From Amphiscolops sp. MND2022 (lineage: Eukaryota), in the NCBI GenBank assembly GCA_964187785.1, contig OZ076409.1:78122001-78186000 (forward strand): DNA of 64,000 bases, given 5' to 3'. The translations under genes were made by a program, and so were the position numbers. How positions within the stretch are numbered: position 1 is the first letter of the stretch; the number at the start of each line of letters is the position of its first letter. The notes beneath the pieces were generated by a model, which made no database searches, was not told the DNA's origin, and worked only from the letters and a program-made list of their open reading frames with translations. This document shows, in pieces, positions 22,832 to 36,600 of the stretch.

Positions 22832-24429
22832 TGTCAGAAATTTGATTCTAAACCAAATTAGTCTTCATTTAATCCAATCAACATTCTGTGAAACCAATCT
22901 CAATTGCCAACCGCATTGTAGTAGGTAGAAAAATGGGACTGTTATTTGCTAAAATTCGAGAGAAAGCTAACTTGAATTGTGCCGAGAGTTCTGCCTTTGA
23001 TGCCTCCTCTTTTTCCCAGTCTTTCATTCCACATGAAGCCTGAAACAATGAAAAAACTTGCATTTTGCGAGAGTGAAAACAGAACATTTCGCAAAGAGAG
23101 TTTTCGTAATGATTTGTTTTGATGAATTTGAAATAACAACTTCAAAACAGAATGACAATAAGCTTTCTAGGGTAGGCTAGTAAGATAGAAACCCAGTTTA
23201 GATATCCAAGAAACATATTTATTTTCACGACCTAAAAACTTCACTAGCGAAGCATATCATTAATACGATTCATTTTAAGCCATTATTATCAGCAAAACGG
23301 TGTAAAAACCTTTTAAAATGGCCGACAAAATTTTAAAACTTTTGAAATTATAGATCTATAGGGAGTATGCTAATATTCAATAAAGAATTTTCATACAGCA
23401 AAGTTCGAAATAGGTTCCATGACAGCTTAGGTTTAAGCACGCAAGTTGCTAGTAGCTTTATTTTGGAATAAATTTAATCCTAAACTTTGGTTGTGCTTTC
23501 AAACCATATGGTATGATTAGCACCTATTTGTTTTACACCTACAGTTTAGAGTTCAAATTATTTTTCCATTTTCTAGAGAAATCCTGACGATACTTACCAA
23601 ATTTCATTTATTGCACAACCTTACTGCAAATATAGCAAACAAATTGGCTTTTCCTCGCACTTTTAGCAGTATGGTCCAGCGTTTGAGAGGTGATAATCCT
23701 TCAATTGGTTTCTGCAGGGTTCACTTCACCCTAAGGGGATTGAGGCTAGTTTTTCTCCTAATGTTTATTAGGGAACAGTTCGAAGGATTCACTTTCATAC
23801 TTTCATGATTGCATGCTAACAACGGAACTTCAAAGACTAGTCAAGAATTTTAATGTTTCGACATTTGTCATTTATTCTCTAAATCTTCTAGTTTACCCAC
23901 CATTCGTGCATCTGAATGGTACCAATTCTATAGTAAACAATCAAAAGTTTAGAAACATGCATGTTTTTGAAATTAGCGATAAAAAGATTGAAGGGGAAAT
24001 ATTTACGTAACTTTAAGAAAATCGGTATTAGCGGTACTATAGTTGGAAAAACCGATGAAAACTATACAGGTGCACTTTCAATCTCATTTCAAAGAGACGC
24101 AAGTACCAGTTCTGATGAAAAACTCGCAACAGGTTAAAATATCAAACATGTCACATTTCAGACAATCTTGCCATGCAAATATTCAATGAGAGAACAGGAA
24201 ATATCATATTGATTTGATCTCCAACAGCACTGTTTTGTTTAAACTCCAGCGAGTAATCAACAAAACAGCAAAAAAAAGTTTACACAGACCTTGGCATTAG
24301 TTTTACACATTAGTTTACACAGCACAACCAGTGGCATTAGTTTTCTAGAATTTTCAGCTCGAAACAGATTTTTCAAACTATTCCATAGTTGGGTGCCTGT
24401 TTCTCACGCACGTTGTCGGTCGAAAATGG

Positions 24430-24930
24430 AACTTTAGGCTCGCAAAACGATTCTTTCAAGCCGAAAACATTTATGAAAGTGAATGGGGTATACTTTGACA
24501 AAACAAAATTTTTTGAAGAAACTATTGAGAAAACTCTCATCAGTTCCACAGGACCAAACAAATAATCAATGAGGTCACCCTTAGAACTCGGAAAAGGGTT
24601 TTTCACAGAAAACGTCGAAAAACCAGAAATTGTCCAAAAAAAAATCTCGAAAAATGTTTTTGAAATTTTTTCTCAGAGTTTCCTCAATTCTTCGGTAAAT
24701 CGCACTGTGCCGAAAAAACGTAAGTTGGCCATATATTCTCGCAGAACGCTTTATTCCTGCTGGAAATCGAAAGGGGGAACTTCGGTTGAAAAACTGCAGA
24801 AAAGTCACATGCTGCCAAAAAAAATCAGAAAGGAGACACGTTGGCCTCCCCTTTACTTCAGAAAACATGAAAAACTTTGGTTTAGTCCGAGACTCCTGCT
24901 TCTCAGATCACGTCAACCTAAGCTCTAGGC
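24430..24930. repeat. Diverged fragment of the GCACTGTGCCGAAAA repeat family
   Basis: Shares subrepeat motifs with 14525-16593. Confidence 0.45.
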
Positions 24931-25972
24931 CAAGTGGTAGTTAGATGGTACTAAATTAATTTATAGAAATGCTTATAGCAATAACTTGGCAGTCCCGTCA
25001 ATGCTGACGAGCCGCCTGCTGTCATCTTCCCGCCCAAGTCTGTTGCATCTCGCAGCGCAATGTTAAAGGGTAAACTCAATGCTGACTTCTATCTCTGGAA
25101 TGATGTCTGCCGACGAATCAAAAGACGATAGTTGAAAAGAATCAAGACCTTGTGGCAACTGATGTTCTGTATTTCTGTCTTGATATATTTATGTTTGTCA
25201 ACAACTATTCTTTTCAATTAACTCAAGGTCAGTTCAAGAGTCTAGCTCTCTCACAAAATGTTTCAGTTCGCCAGTCTTAAAACAACGAATTCGGATATAG
25301 CGCAATATTTTCCATATAGGGCAACCTCAGCCTCCTTAGAACGCAATTTACTAGGGATGTAACGTCACAAGTTAGGATATAGCCGCTACTAGTGTTAGCA
25401 ACTGTAACTGAATCATAACTGTAACTGAAATGCATGTAACTGAAACATGAAAACAACCGTAGTAACTGTAACTTAAACTGAAAAGAATATGTTTCAAGAA
25501 ACAATTAAATTTCAATAACTGAAAAACAAATCAGTTCAAAAGGTCCTTATTTGTGGCTATCATGGTCCTTTGGCGTAGTACTTCATTAGATAGGCGCCGC
25601 GAGCGACCCTCAGACCCACAGATGCGGAAAAAAAACGCTCGACGTCTACGCCACTCCCCGAAAGGCAGAGTTTGTATGTTAAATGGTATGTATACCTTGA
25701 AATTCAGTGAATATTTTTTCGTCATGTTATTTCAACTGAATTATTTACTGAAATTGTCAAAAATATTAACTGTAACTAACTGATTCGTTAATTCTTTATT
25801 TATTCAACTGTAAATGTAACTCCCGAACTTTCAAAACGTGGTGTTTAGAGCCTCAGGGGGGCGACGACTTTAGACGTTCCGGCTGTTGAACAATAAATCG
25901 AATCGCAGAACTATCAGCGTGCACATGCTTATCCGCTAAATGACTGAAAATTGATGACAAAGCATGTGATTT

Positions 25973-26078
25973 AATCAAGTAGCGGCTATATCCGAACTTT
26001 GGAAAAAAAATCAAGTAGCGGCTATATCCGAACTTTGGAAAAAAATCAAGTAGCGGCTATATCCGAACTTTGGAAAAA
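25973..26078 (+). repeat. Three-copy ~36-bp tandem repeat AATCAAGTAGCGGCTATATCCGAACTTTGGAAAAAA
   Basis: Directly visible. Confidence 0.95.
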
Positions 26079-26098
26079 ATTTTCTTGGAAATTTTATT

Positions 26099-26643
26099 CA
26101 ACAGTAGCCATAATAGTCGATAAAATCAAGTGAAGGGCCTAAAATGGTGCCGTTGTAAGTTCGCCACGTATAAGTTAGCCCGTAAAACTTAGCCACCTTA
26201 TAAGATCGCCACGTTTATTTTCGCCACATTTCAGCTAATGAAAGAATTCCATATCAGCGATTATTTTCATTTGGTTATATTTAGTGGCGATTAGCATACT
26301 TGTTGTATGGCTCGGTCGCTTCGCTCCCTTCGCCAAGTAGCAACATTGAGGCATGGCCATATGGCACGTCGCTCCTGCATTTAGGGCACTAGGGGTATGT
26401 GAACATATCTGACTACGTTATCGTAATTTTGAATGCTCGAATTTGATTGGCCGAAAATGTGGCGAACTTGTACGTGGCGAACATGTATGGTGGCTAAATT
26501 AAATATGGCTAAGATTTACGGGCTAACTTATATGTGGCGAACTTAAACGGACACGGCCTAAAATATCAACGAAACATTGTGGTTAAGTGCACATACTAAT
26601 TAGGCCCTTCATTTGATTTTATCGACTATTATGGCTATTGTTG
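26099..26643. mobile_element. Palindromic MITE hosting a nested MULE-type MITE
   Basis: CAACAGTAGCCATAATAGTCGATAAAATCAAGTGAAGGGCCTAA pairs with TTAGGCCCTTCATTTGATTTTATCGACTATTATGGCTATTGTTG. Confidence 0.75.
26146..26555. mobile_element. Mutator-like MITE
   Basis: Long TIRs (GTGCCGTTGTAAGTTCGCCAC... / ...GTGGCGAACTTAAACGGACAC) and 9-bp TSD GCCTAAAAT (26137-26145, 26556-26564). Confidence 0.85.
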
Positions 26644-27659
26644 AAACAATTTCCAAGATATGGACGCGAATGCAACTATCACAACTTCGGTTAAATATTT
26701 ACAAAGCATTCAAAAATACTTCTTTGGTTACCTTAGTTTTAGAAGCTTTTTTTTCTAAATCAGGAGACCTAATTTTTTCATGTCTGAAAATAGTGTTAAA
26801 TTCTTCTTTTTAGTGCTGACTAAAACAGCTCCCGAGCACATACAAATTTGAAGGACGGAAGCGCCTTTTGAGTCTTTTGAAAATTATTGAATTAAAACAT
26901 TTGTCATTCAGAATTAGCTGACGATAAAGCGTAACTGTTAAATGATATGCATTTATGTGATCGGAGGTTTCATTAATATACTGCTAGAGTACATCTTTCT
27001 TTTAAAGCCTCGATTTTTCTTACTTTTCTGTTAGCATTGCTATGTGCATTAGACCGTTCTTTTTCAAGTTCGTCATCGTCTTCGCGCAAAATTCCCAGAT
27101 GAGTGACAAATGCGGAAGGCTTCGAATCGATCTGAGCAGGCGAGTTCTGCACCGCTGAGTTGTTGAAGAGCAGTAAAGAACTTTTGTCCTCGTCAAGTTC
27201 CGACAACCTCTTGGACAAGTTCAACGATCGATTCGGCAGAACTTCCGTGTCGTTTGAAGAATGAACAGGAGGTTCAAGAGCCGTATCGCCATCCTCATTC
27301 TGAGAGAAAACAATAATTGTTTTCAAAAAGTTAACAACAGTAGTTCAGAACATACATAAACTTGGGTGCCAATGTACTCATAGAAACTTTGAAGTATCTA
27401 GAAGCGCCGATACCAAATGAACATACTGGAAAACTAGACAATGTGAATCAAAATTCAAGATTCCACGTGAAAAGAACCACTTGAATCAAGAACCACGTTG
27501 AAACCACTTGGATCATAACCACGTATTTAACAACAACTTTTGTCACGAATCATTTCTCTTTATGAGGCTTAAGTAATAGTAGCTTCATTGGGTATTAGTG
27601 CACAAACGACCATTGTAATAATACAATAGTCCTCAATGAGCAATTCATTTCAGTTTCAG

Positions 27660-30600
27660 TTAGGATGAGTAGGGCTCAAAAACCTTCAAAAACAAGGAAG
27701 TATCTTTGGACATCCGTTTTTCAGCCGTGCGTTTTGCGTTGTACTCAATCAGCCTGGGGTCCTCAACGTAGACACGGAACGCTTTCTGAAATAGATATAA
27801 ACTTGTTATCGCCGCAGCTTTCAACCTAAACATCTGCTAATAATTCAAGACAGACCTTCAAATCCGGTGGTCTTGCCATTTCCGATTCCAGTAAAGCTTT
27901 GTTGGATTCACTTCGCATTTTTCTCCACAGGTGTCTTGCTCCATCTGGAAAACACGAAAAGCGAATTAGACTAATGCTCTGTAAATAATCACCTAATGAA
28001 AAATTAAGACCTTATCACTGCAATGTAGCATTTTGGTCATAACGGACGCTTGACAGGACATTCTTCAGACTTAATGGATCAAAATTTCCAAGACGGCTTA
28101 AATTTTCCATGCACCGGAAACTAAGCCAACTGCGAATCGAAATACATGCGATGTACCTATGGACTAATTTATTCGAAGTATGGCGATGTGAGGGAAGTTT
28201 TCAATTTAGGATGTCTCTGTTTGAACAGATGCAGCTTGATTCGCTTAAGGCAGGGTTATAGTCAAGGGAACTTCTGATGAATTTTCCCATGATAAAAAGA
28301 TGACACTTGGCATGTTCAAAATGGATTCATTGTATAACAAAATTTTCGATTTCGGAAACTAAGATGACCATCACATTGAGATATTCAAAAATAAGATTAA
28401 GGAAGCGAATCAAATGACATTTTGCGAGGGTGACGTCATTATAGTACTCACATCCGTTGGCAGCCAATTCCCCCAGTCTTACGCGAGGCTCTTCTTGTAT
28501 ACGAATAGCTGGAGCATGGGGGTTGATGTAATAGTTGGCAAGAAACGGTCCAAAAGTTCTGCAACAATTCGCATGCATTAGTGGAGAAAACTTGGCTTGC
28601 AATGGCTTGGGAACAAAAAATTGACATGATTCAATTTCGAGTACCTTTGAAAAGTACTTTCAAACAACCTTATGAACACTCTAATCACAGACGAGATTCG
28701 CGAGAGTGACGCATACACTTACCTGGTAAGAATGGACTTGATATGGTCAGGTAGAGCCTTGTTAGTAATGATGTTGGTATACTTGGAGTATGCCAATACA
28801 TCTCCTTGGTCCCAATGAATCACCTGTTCGTGAGACACCGGTGGGATCCTAAAAATTTCCTCCCCATCCTCCTCCGTATTCTCCTCTTCTGGGTCAACAT
28901 CTTCCGGTTCCTCTACTTCTTCCTTCCTTTTCCGAGGAGACCTCGTCTTGGCACGAGAAGCCGCGTGCGCGTGCGTGTGCCACTCTGTTACGTAATAACG
29001 GGGCTCTTCTTCTTCATCGTGACCTAGTTGCCAAATATTTTTAATCTCAATATAGAACCAACTGTCCATACTCTCACAAAAAAAACAAGACGGGAACGTC
29101 CAAAGTCGGCGCCATATCTAAGGCTCAAAAAGCTCAAACTTTTTGAAATTGTAAAAATTGGGTTTTTTGAAAATTCAATTTGTTGCGGGGTGTAACGTCT
29201 CAAACTTCGGATATAGCGTGCTGGCCCAAATGGGAGCGCTTTTCGAACCTCCGCCTCCTCCTTGGTAAAACGAAATATCCTCGGATATAACGTCAAAAAT
29301 TCGGATATAGCGCTTTACTCAGGATATTACGTCCAAGTTTCGGATAGTTTTGGAAAAAAATATTGGTAGATATATACTGAGAAAACCTAATTTCAGACGA
29401 AAAATAACAATTTTGAGCCAGTCTCAGAGTGCCGAAAAACTTGGAAGGAGACCCTTTGGGCTTTTCCAAACTTGTTTGCTGTAAAATATCAAAAAACTTG
29501 AAGGGGGACCCTTTGGAGACAAAAAATCGAAAGTCGCACAGTGCCGAGAAAAACTCAAAGGGGTCTATAGACTATAGAGGAGTCAAAGGGGTCTATAGAC
29601 TATAGAGGGGTCTATAAACTCAAAGGGGTCAAAGACTATAGGGAACCTATAGTCTCGTCCGGTTTTGTATCTTATGATAAAAATGGAGTAACTGAAAGGG
29701 GGGACCCTTTGCACTATCTTAAATGCGCTCCCCGTTCGTTTGCCGGTCCAGTAGTTTAGTAAATTAACGTTCAGTAGTTAATTAACGTTCGTCGCTTCGA
29801 GTCTGTCTTAAAAAAACGAGTGACTGTAATAGTCGGGCTCTTTTATTTATAAAAGCGCCGACTAACAAATTACTCAAAAACTCGTTTTTTTCCTATACAA
29901 ACATTCTATATCTTGTTAAGTTTTTTGCAAACCTTGCAAAGATTTGTGTCAAAAACTTAAAAAGCCAAGAACAGTTCAAAGTTGGCGTGAAAAATTGGAC
30001 ACTAGTGAAAACTCCTGCTTGGGAAGCAAACATTCTAAACACCAGGCCAACGGGCATGTCGAGGCCAACTTTCATACCCTCCATTGCTCTATTCGTTTTG
30101 TTGCGTTCGTGTCTTTTAAAGAAAAAAGTGATTGATAATCGGGCGAATTTTGTCTTGACTGAAAGCGCTAACAAAAATTGACAAGTTTGAATTCATGTTT
30201 TAAATATCAGTTCAATTCTAAACGTAATCAACCTTAACAATCCTGGTGCGGACACCTATAACTTTCATTCAATTGAAATATAAACAAGACAGCGTAAACA
30301 AGAACAGCAATTAGTCAACTACAGTGCAAATGTGCACAAATCTCATTTTCCATTATCTTAAGAAACGAAAAATTTTAGTTTCAGGGCGAGATGTTTTCTC
30401 CAATTTCCGCCAAAAGAACGCCGTTCGAAAGCTGGAAATTACTTTCCACTTGTTGAGAACTTTCATTCATCAGTTTATCTTTTCAAACCAGCTGCTTACA
30501 AGCTCATCTATACGAAGCCAAATCTTTAAGTAGCCAAAAGGGATTGGATGAGTTCGCAAACGAAATCCAAGGTAACAAAAGAAAGTTAACAAACCAAATC

Positions 30601-33600
30601 CGGTTTTGACAATCCGGTTGAATCACAATTATTCAAATAAACAATTTAATTGATTAGATGAAAATCTGGGGAAGGAGGATAACAAAAACTCTATACAACT
30701 CGCAGGGGGGTTGGAAGCGCAATCTTACCATTACCGTCGTTCATCAAATGTTGACCTTAAACATGAAATATTAGAGCTGCAAAGATAAAAAAAATAATAC
30801 ACAAATAATCTGGATGTCAGTGTTTGCCGGGTTACAAATGGCTGGGGGTGTGATATAATAATGAGATACAATTCACTATGCTTATACATTGTTCCGTCAC
30901 CAGTAGAGGTCAGATACGATTAGTACAATCAACAATTTGACTGTCAAAAGTTTTATGGGACCCATCTTTTCAGCAGTTAGGGCTATCAGAGTAAGCACCA
31001 CCATCTGTTAAGCAGTTAGAGGGAACTATTGGGTTAGGAAATATATTAAAATCTTGCCTATCAATTCATGTTGTTTCTCATGAAAACTCATTATTTCATC
31101 AGCGAACAGATTATAGAGAATACTTTAAAAGCAAGCAATAACCCACATCTTCACAGGAAGACTTCATCAAATAAATTAGGGAAAACGTGATGGCTAGACA
31201 ATTAGCAAAGCTGAAGTATTTCCTAATCGACACCTAACAAAAACATACAACTCCACGTGTATTTGATAATCTTGTAATTGATTTTTGTGCAGTATATTAA
31301 TTGGGGATCCTGAAACTATGTAAAAGTACAAGGATACAAATCGACATATTGCAATAAAAATTTATGGAAGAAGCATGTTTTATAGCCGAGCGATAAGGAG
31401 CTAGATTAATTGTGTCCATAATCCCACTAGTTTGCACCTCACTCCATCGTCAAACCAACAATTCAATCTATATTTTGTGAAACAAACCGGGAAGAGCAAA
31501 AATGCGCACCATGTTTAGGCTCAAAAAAGCAAAGTCTGTTGGAACGCTCAGTCCATTTTTATAAAAATTGGAAATCTCAAAGCCGAAAATATTTCAAGGG
31601 GACCCATCAAGTTCAAAAAAAATTTTTCGATGTTTTCAGTTAGGGACTGCTTTTGAGCCTCCTTTGATAAATTTATATTCGGTCCTGAATAATTCGACCA
31701 AATGATTTGGTTGCAATTTTCCATACTAAGCATGCGGTTCGACTCTAAAAAGGCAACTCGATTTTAATCACATCAAAAATTAGCTTAAAAATTAAAAAGC
31801 AATTTAAACATTGTTTTGAACCATTATGACTACTTCATGGAAAGAATAGATTTCCGATATCATGGCAGGCAGATTTGGGCACAATATTGCAATAATATTG
31901 TTGCAAACAATAAATTATTTTTACTGTTGTTTCATAAAAATAAACTATTTAAATTATTTTTTATTGCTCTCAGATAGAAAGCAAAAATTGTTAAACTTCA
32001 TATTCCGTCATCAACAGGGTTACCATGATTAGAAAATTATGCTATTTATCTAATTTCTATCCCAAAAACGTCTATTTACAGGGATTGGAAAATATTAAAT
32101 GCGTTAACAATTAATGACAATATAATAAGTGCAATAATTATTGCACTTATTATATTGTCATTAATTGTTGAAGTTTGTGATAAAAAGATAATGTTTGTAA
32201 TTCCATGTATTCACAAGTTCGAATCATATGGAATATCATTTTTTCAACGGCCAAAAAGTTCATTTGTCCGAATTTGCTATTACTGCAGAGCACCTTGATA
32301 CTCGACTCTTTTTGCATATCAATAAATGTTATTGAAATGCAAATACCTTTCAGCCATTATTGTAAAATTCATTTACAATAAATGATTGTCTCCACTTTTT
32401 CAATAACAACAATTGATTCAGTAGCTACAATAATAATGCACTTATCTTTTTCCAATCCCTGTCTATTTACGTAAAGATATATCTGTGCTTTGAACTGCTT
32501 GATTACAAACTGATTCACAGGCATTCAAATTCCTGGACGCGGGACAAAACAGCCGATTTTAAAACGAGACAAAACAACCGATTTTCAAAACGGGACAAAA
32601 CAACCGATTTTTGAGACGGAACCAAATGAGTGCTGTTACAGCCAATATTAATGGATCCTGATTTGATTAATTTGAAGAGGTTCATAATTGTTGTAAGGCT
32701 CAGCCGCTTCGCTCCCTTCGCCAAGTAGCAACATTGAGGCATGGCTATAAGGCACGTCGCTCCGCTTCGCTTCGCTCCTGCATTTAGGGCACTAGGGGTA
32801 TGTGAACATAGCTGAGTACGTTATAATAATAATTTTATTGACTGCTAATCTTACGCATTGACAAAATCGGCTATTTTTATTTTTACCAATCGGCGATTTT
32901 GTACTGTTTTAAATTCGCCTGTTTTGCCCTATTTTGAAAATCGGCAGTTTTGTCCCGTTTAAAATCGGCTGTTTTGTCCCGCTCCCCAAATTCCTGGTTC
33001 GATTTGTTTGAACAACAATCTCTTTATTCGTGAAGCTAGCGATTACGCATCAAACAAATGTAGTTAATACATTAATTGAATGAAACGAGTTCGACTATTG
33101 AACAATTATTGTCCAATAGGATTTCTCGTTTTCTAATACATCTCAATTTCATATTGATTGTAGCTTGCTGGTAGATAATTTACATATCAATATGAAACAA
33201 TAATTTTTGTAATATAATTGTACCTTTGACAATATTTTTTTGTCAAACATAAATTATATTATTGTATTTATTGTCAATAGTTTGAAAAATTATTCTTTAT
33301 TGCCCACCCCTGATGGCAGGGATCTCTTTCAATATGTCCCCCCTTTTTGCTGTAGGGGGGACAAAGTGAAACACTATTAAATACATGTATTGCACATTCT
33401 AATAGCGCAGATCTGCTCTTATTTAAAAACGCTTGTGGTTGGTTGAGTGAGGATTTTCATAAGAGCCAATAAAAAGTATCGATAGTTATGACGAGATCAA
33501 TTCATTGTCAGAATAGCATGAGATAAGCCAATAGGAGATAAATATAAATGAACCACAAACATTCTTTTTCTTTACGGGGGACATAGTGTAACGGGTAATA

Positions 33601-36600
33601 TAGGGGGGTGCACAGTGAAAGAGATCCCTTGGCAGAAAACAGCATCAATTGGAGAAAAAAAATAGTCTCAATTGCATGCTTCGAATTTGAATGTTGAACT
33701 AGTCTCAATCGCGGTTAACTAAGCATCTTGAACAAATCCAATCGAACTATCATTGAGAAGGGCAAAACCATGGTGAGTGGCGAAATCTAGGAAACATTTT
33801 TTTCGTTTAAAGTCAAAATGAAATTCGGTAGATGCCAAAAATTGTTTAACAGCAAGCTTGGATATTCTGTTAGATGAATCTCGTGTTTATTCCAATAACT
33901 AACTTTCCACATGGTAACGTCGATTTACCATAGGCGTACTGGCATCAAAAGGAGGCCTTAACTGTCCTTAAACAATTTCAAGAAAAGAGTTAAAATTTCC
34001 ATGATACTACAATTAGGAAGAAACCACTACGTGCGAAGTTTAGAGTGCTCAATTGATTAATGATGATGACGTGAAATGAGATAAAAATTTAAGAATCTCA
34101 ATGATTTTCATCAGGCAGTTAGTTTGTGCATTCAAGAACTATTCGAATCGTGCCCTATTTGAAAATTTAACTAAAGTGCATATCAGAAAACGTGCTTTCT
34201 GATAACAATGATCACAGCTGGATATACCTCGTGGATGACTTTCTTCGATTTGATCAAAGGGAAAGGATAATAGTTGATTGTCTTACAATGTCTAATTGGT
34301 TGGAGAATTTGGTTGGCTGAAATTGTCATCAAAACGTGAACGAAAAAAGAACAAGTTTACAGATGAATGTGCATAAAATGTGTGCAAATGGTGATCACTC
34401 ATCAGTGTTAGAAAACAAGAGAACTTACTCTCACGCAAATGGTTTTTGATGTACTCTGTATAGTAGTCTCCAATCTTCTTCCGTTTGTCTAGAACTTGCC
34501 TCCGTCTCTGCAAACAATTTTACTACATTTTTAAAATAGATTTCGGACAGAAACAGTACCGGAGGTCAAGTCTGGTCCGCATACAGCCAAATTTCAGAAA
34601 TATGCCGGGCTTTTGACAGAATTCGTACCGCCGATACCAACATTTGAAAGAGACTGTCTTGTCCGATTGTTGGAAATTTTAGTCCTTTATGGGCCTATAG
34701 ACAGATACAAACAATTATTAATGATTGTTTTTTTCTGAAACTGAAATACAAATGTTATAAAAAATGACTACAACTCTATTCAATATTGCCAACATTTACG
34801 GGTTGATTTTTGACTTCATTGAACCAGTACACGCACAAATCAATAAAAAATTGAACACCATTCTGAATCATGGGCGTATGACGAATTGCATTTGAAGTGA
34901 GGGCAAAATTCAATTCATGTCAAAGGTTCCCGACCTTTCCTTAAGTCTAAAATATCAAGTAAATGATTTGCAGAGAGATGGGACATACTTATAAACGGTC
35001 ACTCCAAGCTATTTGTCAAAAACTTATTGAGTTGATGAACTGATAAGTACTTTCACAGCCAATAAATAGAAATCCAATTCAACGTAAGAAGGCTCAACTC
35101 AATGCAGCCGTAACAAATAATAGTAAGAGCTACAGTTACTATGTAAAGAGTAATTACACGGAGTTCCTAGTTCTGTCCGGGCCCAAAACAAAGAAACCCC
35201 CTTCCAATATTGATGTACTTTTCATTAAAACGATTATCTCAATACCAAAAGTTCAATGCAATGTCAAAAACCCGTCAGTAATCGAAAACTTTGCATTATC
35301 AGCATGACAAAAAACTTTTTGTGATGTCTGTGTTCGACATTCACCGCTCACTTTCCAATTATAGACAAAACATTAATAGACTTTCCATTAAGACAAAACC
35401 ATTAATATTGCAACTTCAGTTATATAAAAATATACCCGACAGTAAGGGCCGAAAATCGACCTACCGGTATTTTCGTCGGAATTTCTACTTGAAAAATCTT
35501 TCAACTATTATAACCAGCTTCTGGCCCCAAGGACAAAACCTGGAACCCAGAACTATCGAGTTTCTGACAATTTTATTTCGTGAAAAATCGTGGAATGACT
35601 GATTTTCATTGCGAAATTTTTCGTCCGTGAGTCAATTCAAGTAATTAGAGAAAGACCCTCATATAATTTAGGTCCCTACTGCAGATGCTGAGTTAACACG
35701 GAGACTTCAAGTCACTCGAGCGACCCTTGAGTAGGTTCCAAAAGGGAAGGTTCCAAACTTCAAAGCTCAAAGTACAAGAGGGTGTCTCTCAATAGCAATT
35801 GCAGAGTACACGTAATCAAAACAGTCGCTGGAGTACAACGATCAAGAACGCTACATTAAGTACTTATTGTACAATAATTGCCGGTACACTATTGCAAGAC
35901 TTTTTTGAAACTCTTTATAGAGATTCTCTGCTTATTCTCCAAGAAAAAATTGGCCTTGAAAGATATCAGGCTTCCTCTTGAGATTCCACCGTTTCATGAT
36001 TCTTACGAAGATCTTCAAGCCGACAAAGGTATTCCCAGAGTGAATTTAAAAGAGTGAATTTATCGTTATTGTAGAACAAATTGTCTCCGTTGGCATTGTT
36101 TTCTGCATAATCAAATGGTCTACGCATGTTTTTTTGTAGGCGCTTCATGAAGTGAAACGAGACTATAATAGTGACTTTTTTCAATCCACACGAACTGAAC
36201 AAAAGTTATACAAAATTTTAAGAGATCAAATTCTACCATTCGGCACGAAGAACTGAACTATAATATACCGTTTGTCAATTGAATTCATCAAGCGGAACTT
36301 TAATTTCAAAATAGCGGAATTTTGAATTCAACAAGCAGCCTTCTGGAACTTTAATTTCAACACAGGAAATTCAATTTCGACACGTGAATTTTTTCTTCAA
36401 CATTTGATAACTTTAAACTTTAGCTGACAGTACAACTGAAATATAATGGCTCCACGTCGAAATTACAACAAGATTCCAGTTATTGACAAAACTCGTTTGC
36501 GGGAATCGTTCAACAGAGGAGATTTTGTACAACTTGCAAATTGGGAATTGATCGAACCACCACTTACTCGATTGTGAATAGAGACCAAGATAAGGAAAGG

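Larger units (their letters stand above)
31870..33312. mobile_element. hAT-type MITE (outer element of a nest)
   Basis: Imperfect TIRs CAGATTTGGGCACAAT / ATTGCCCACCCCTG and 8-bp TSD ATGGCAGG (31862-31869, 33313-33320). Confidence 0.75.
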
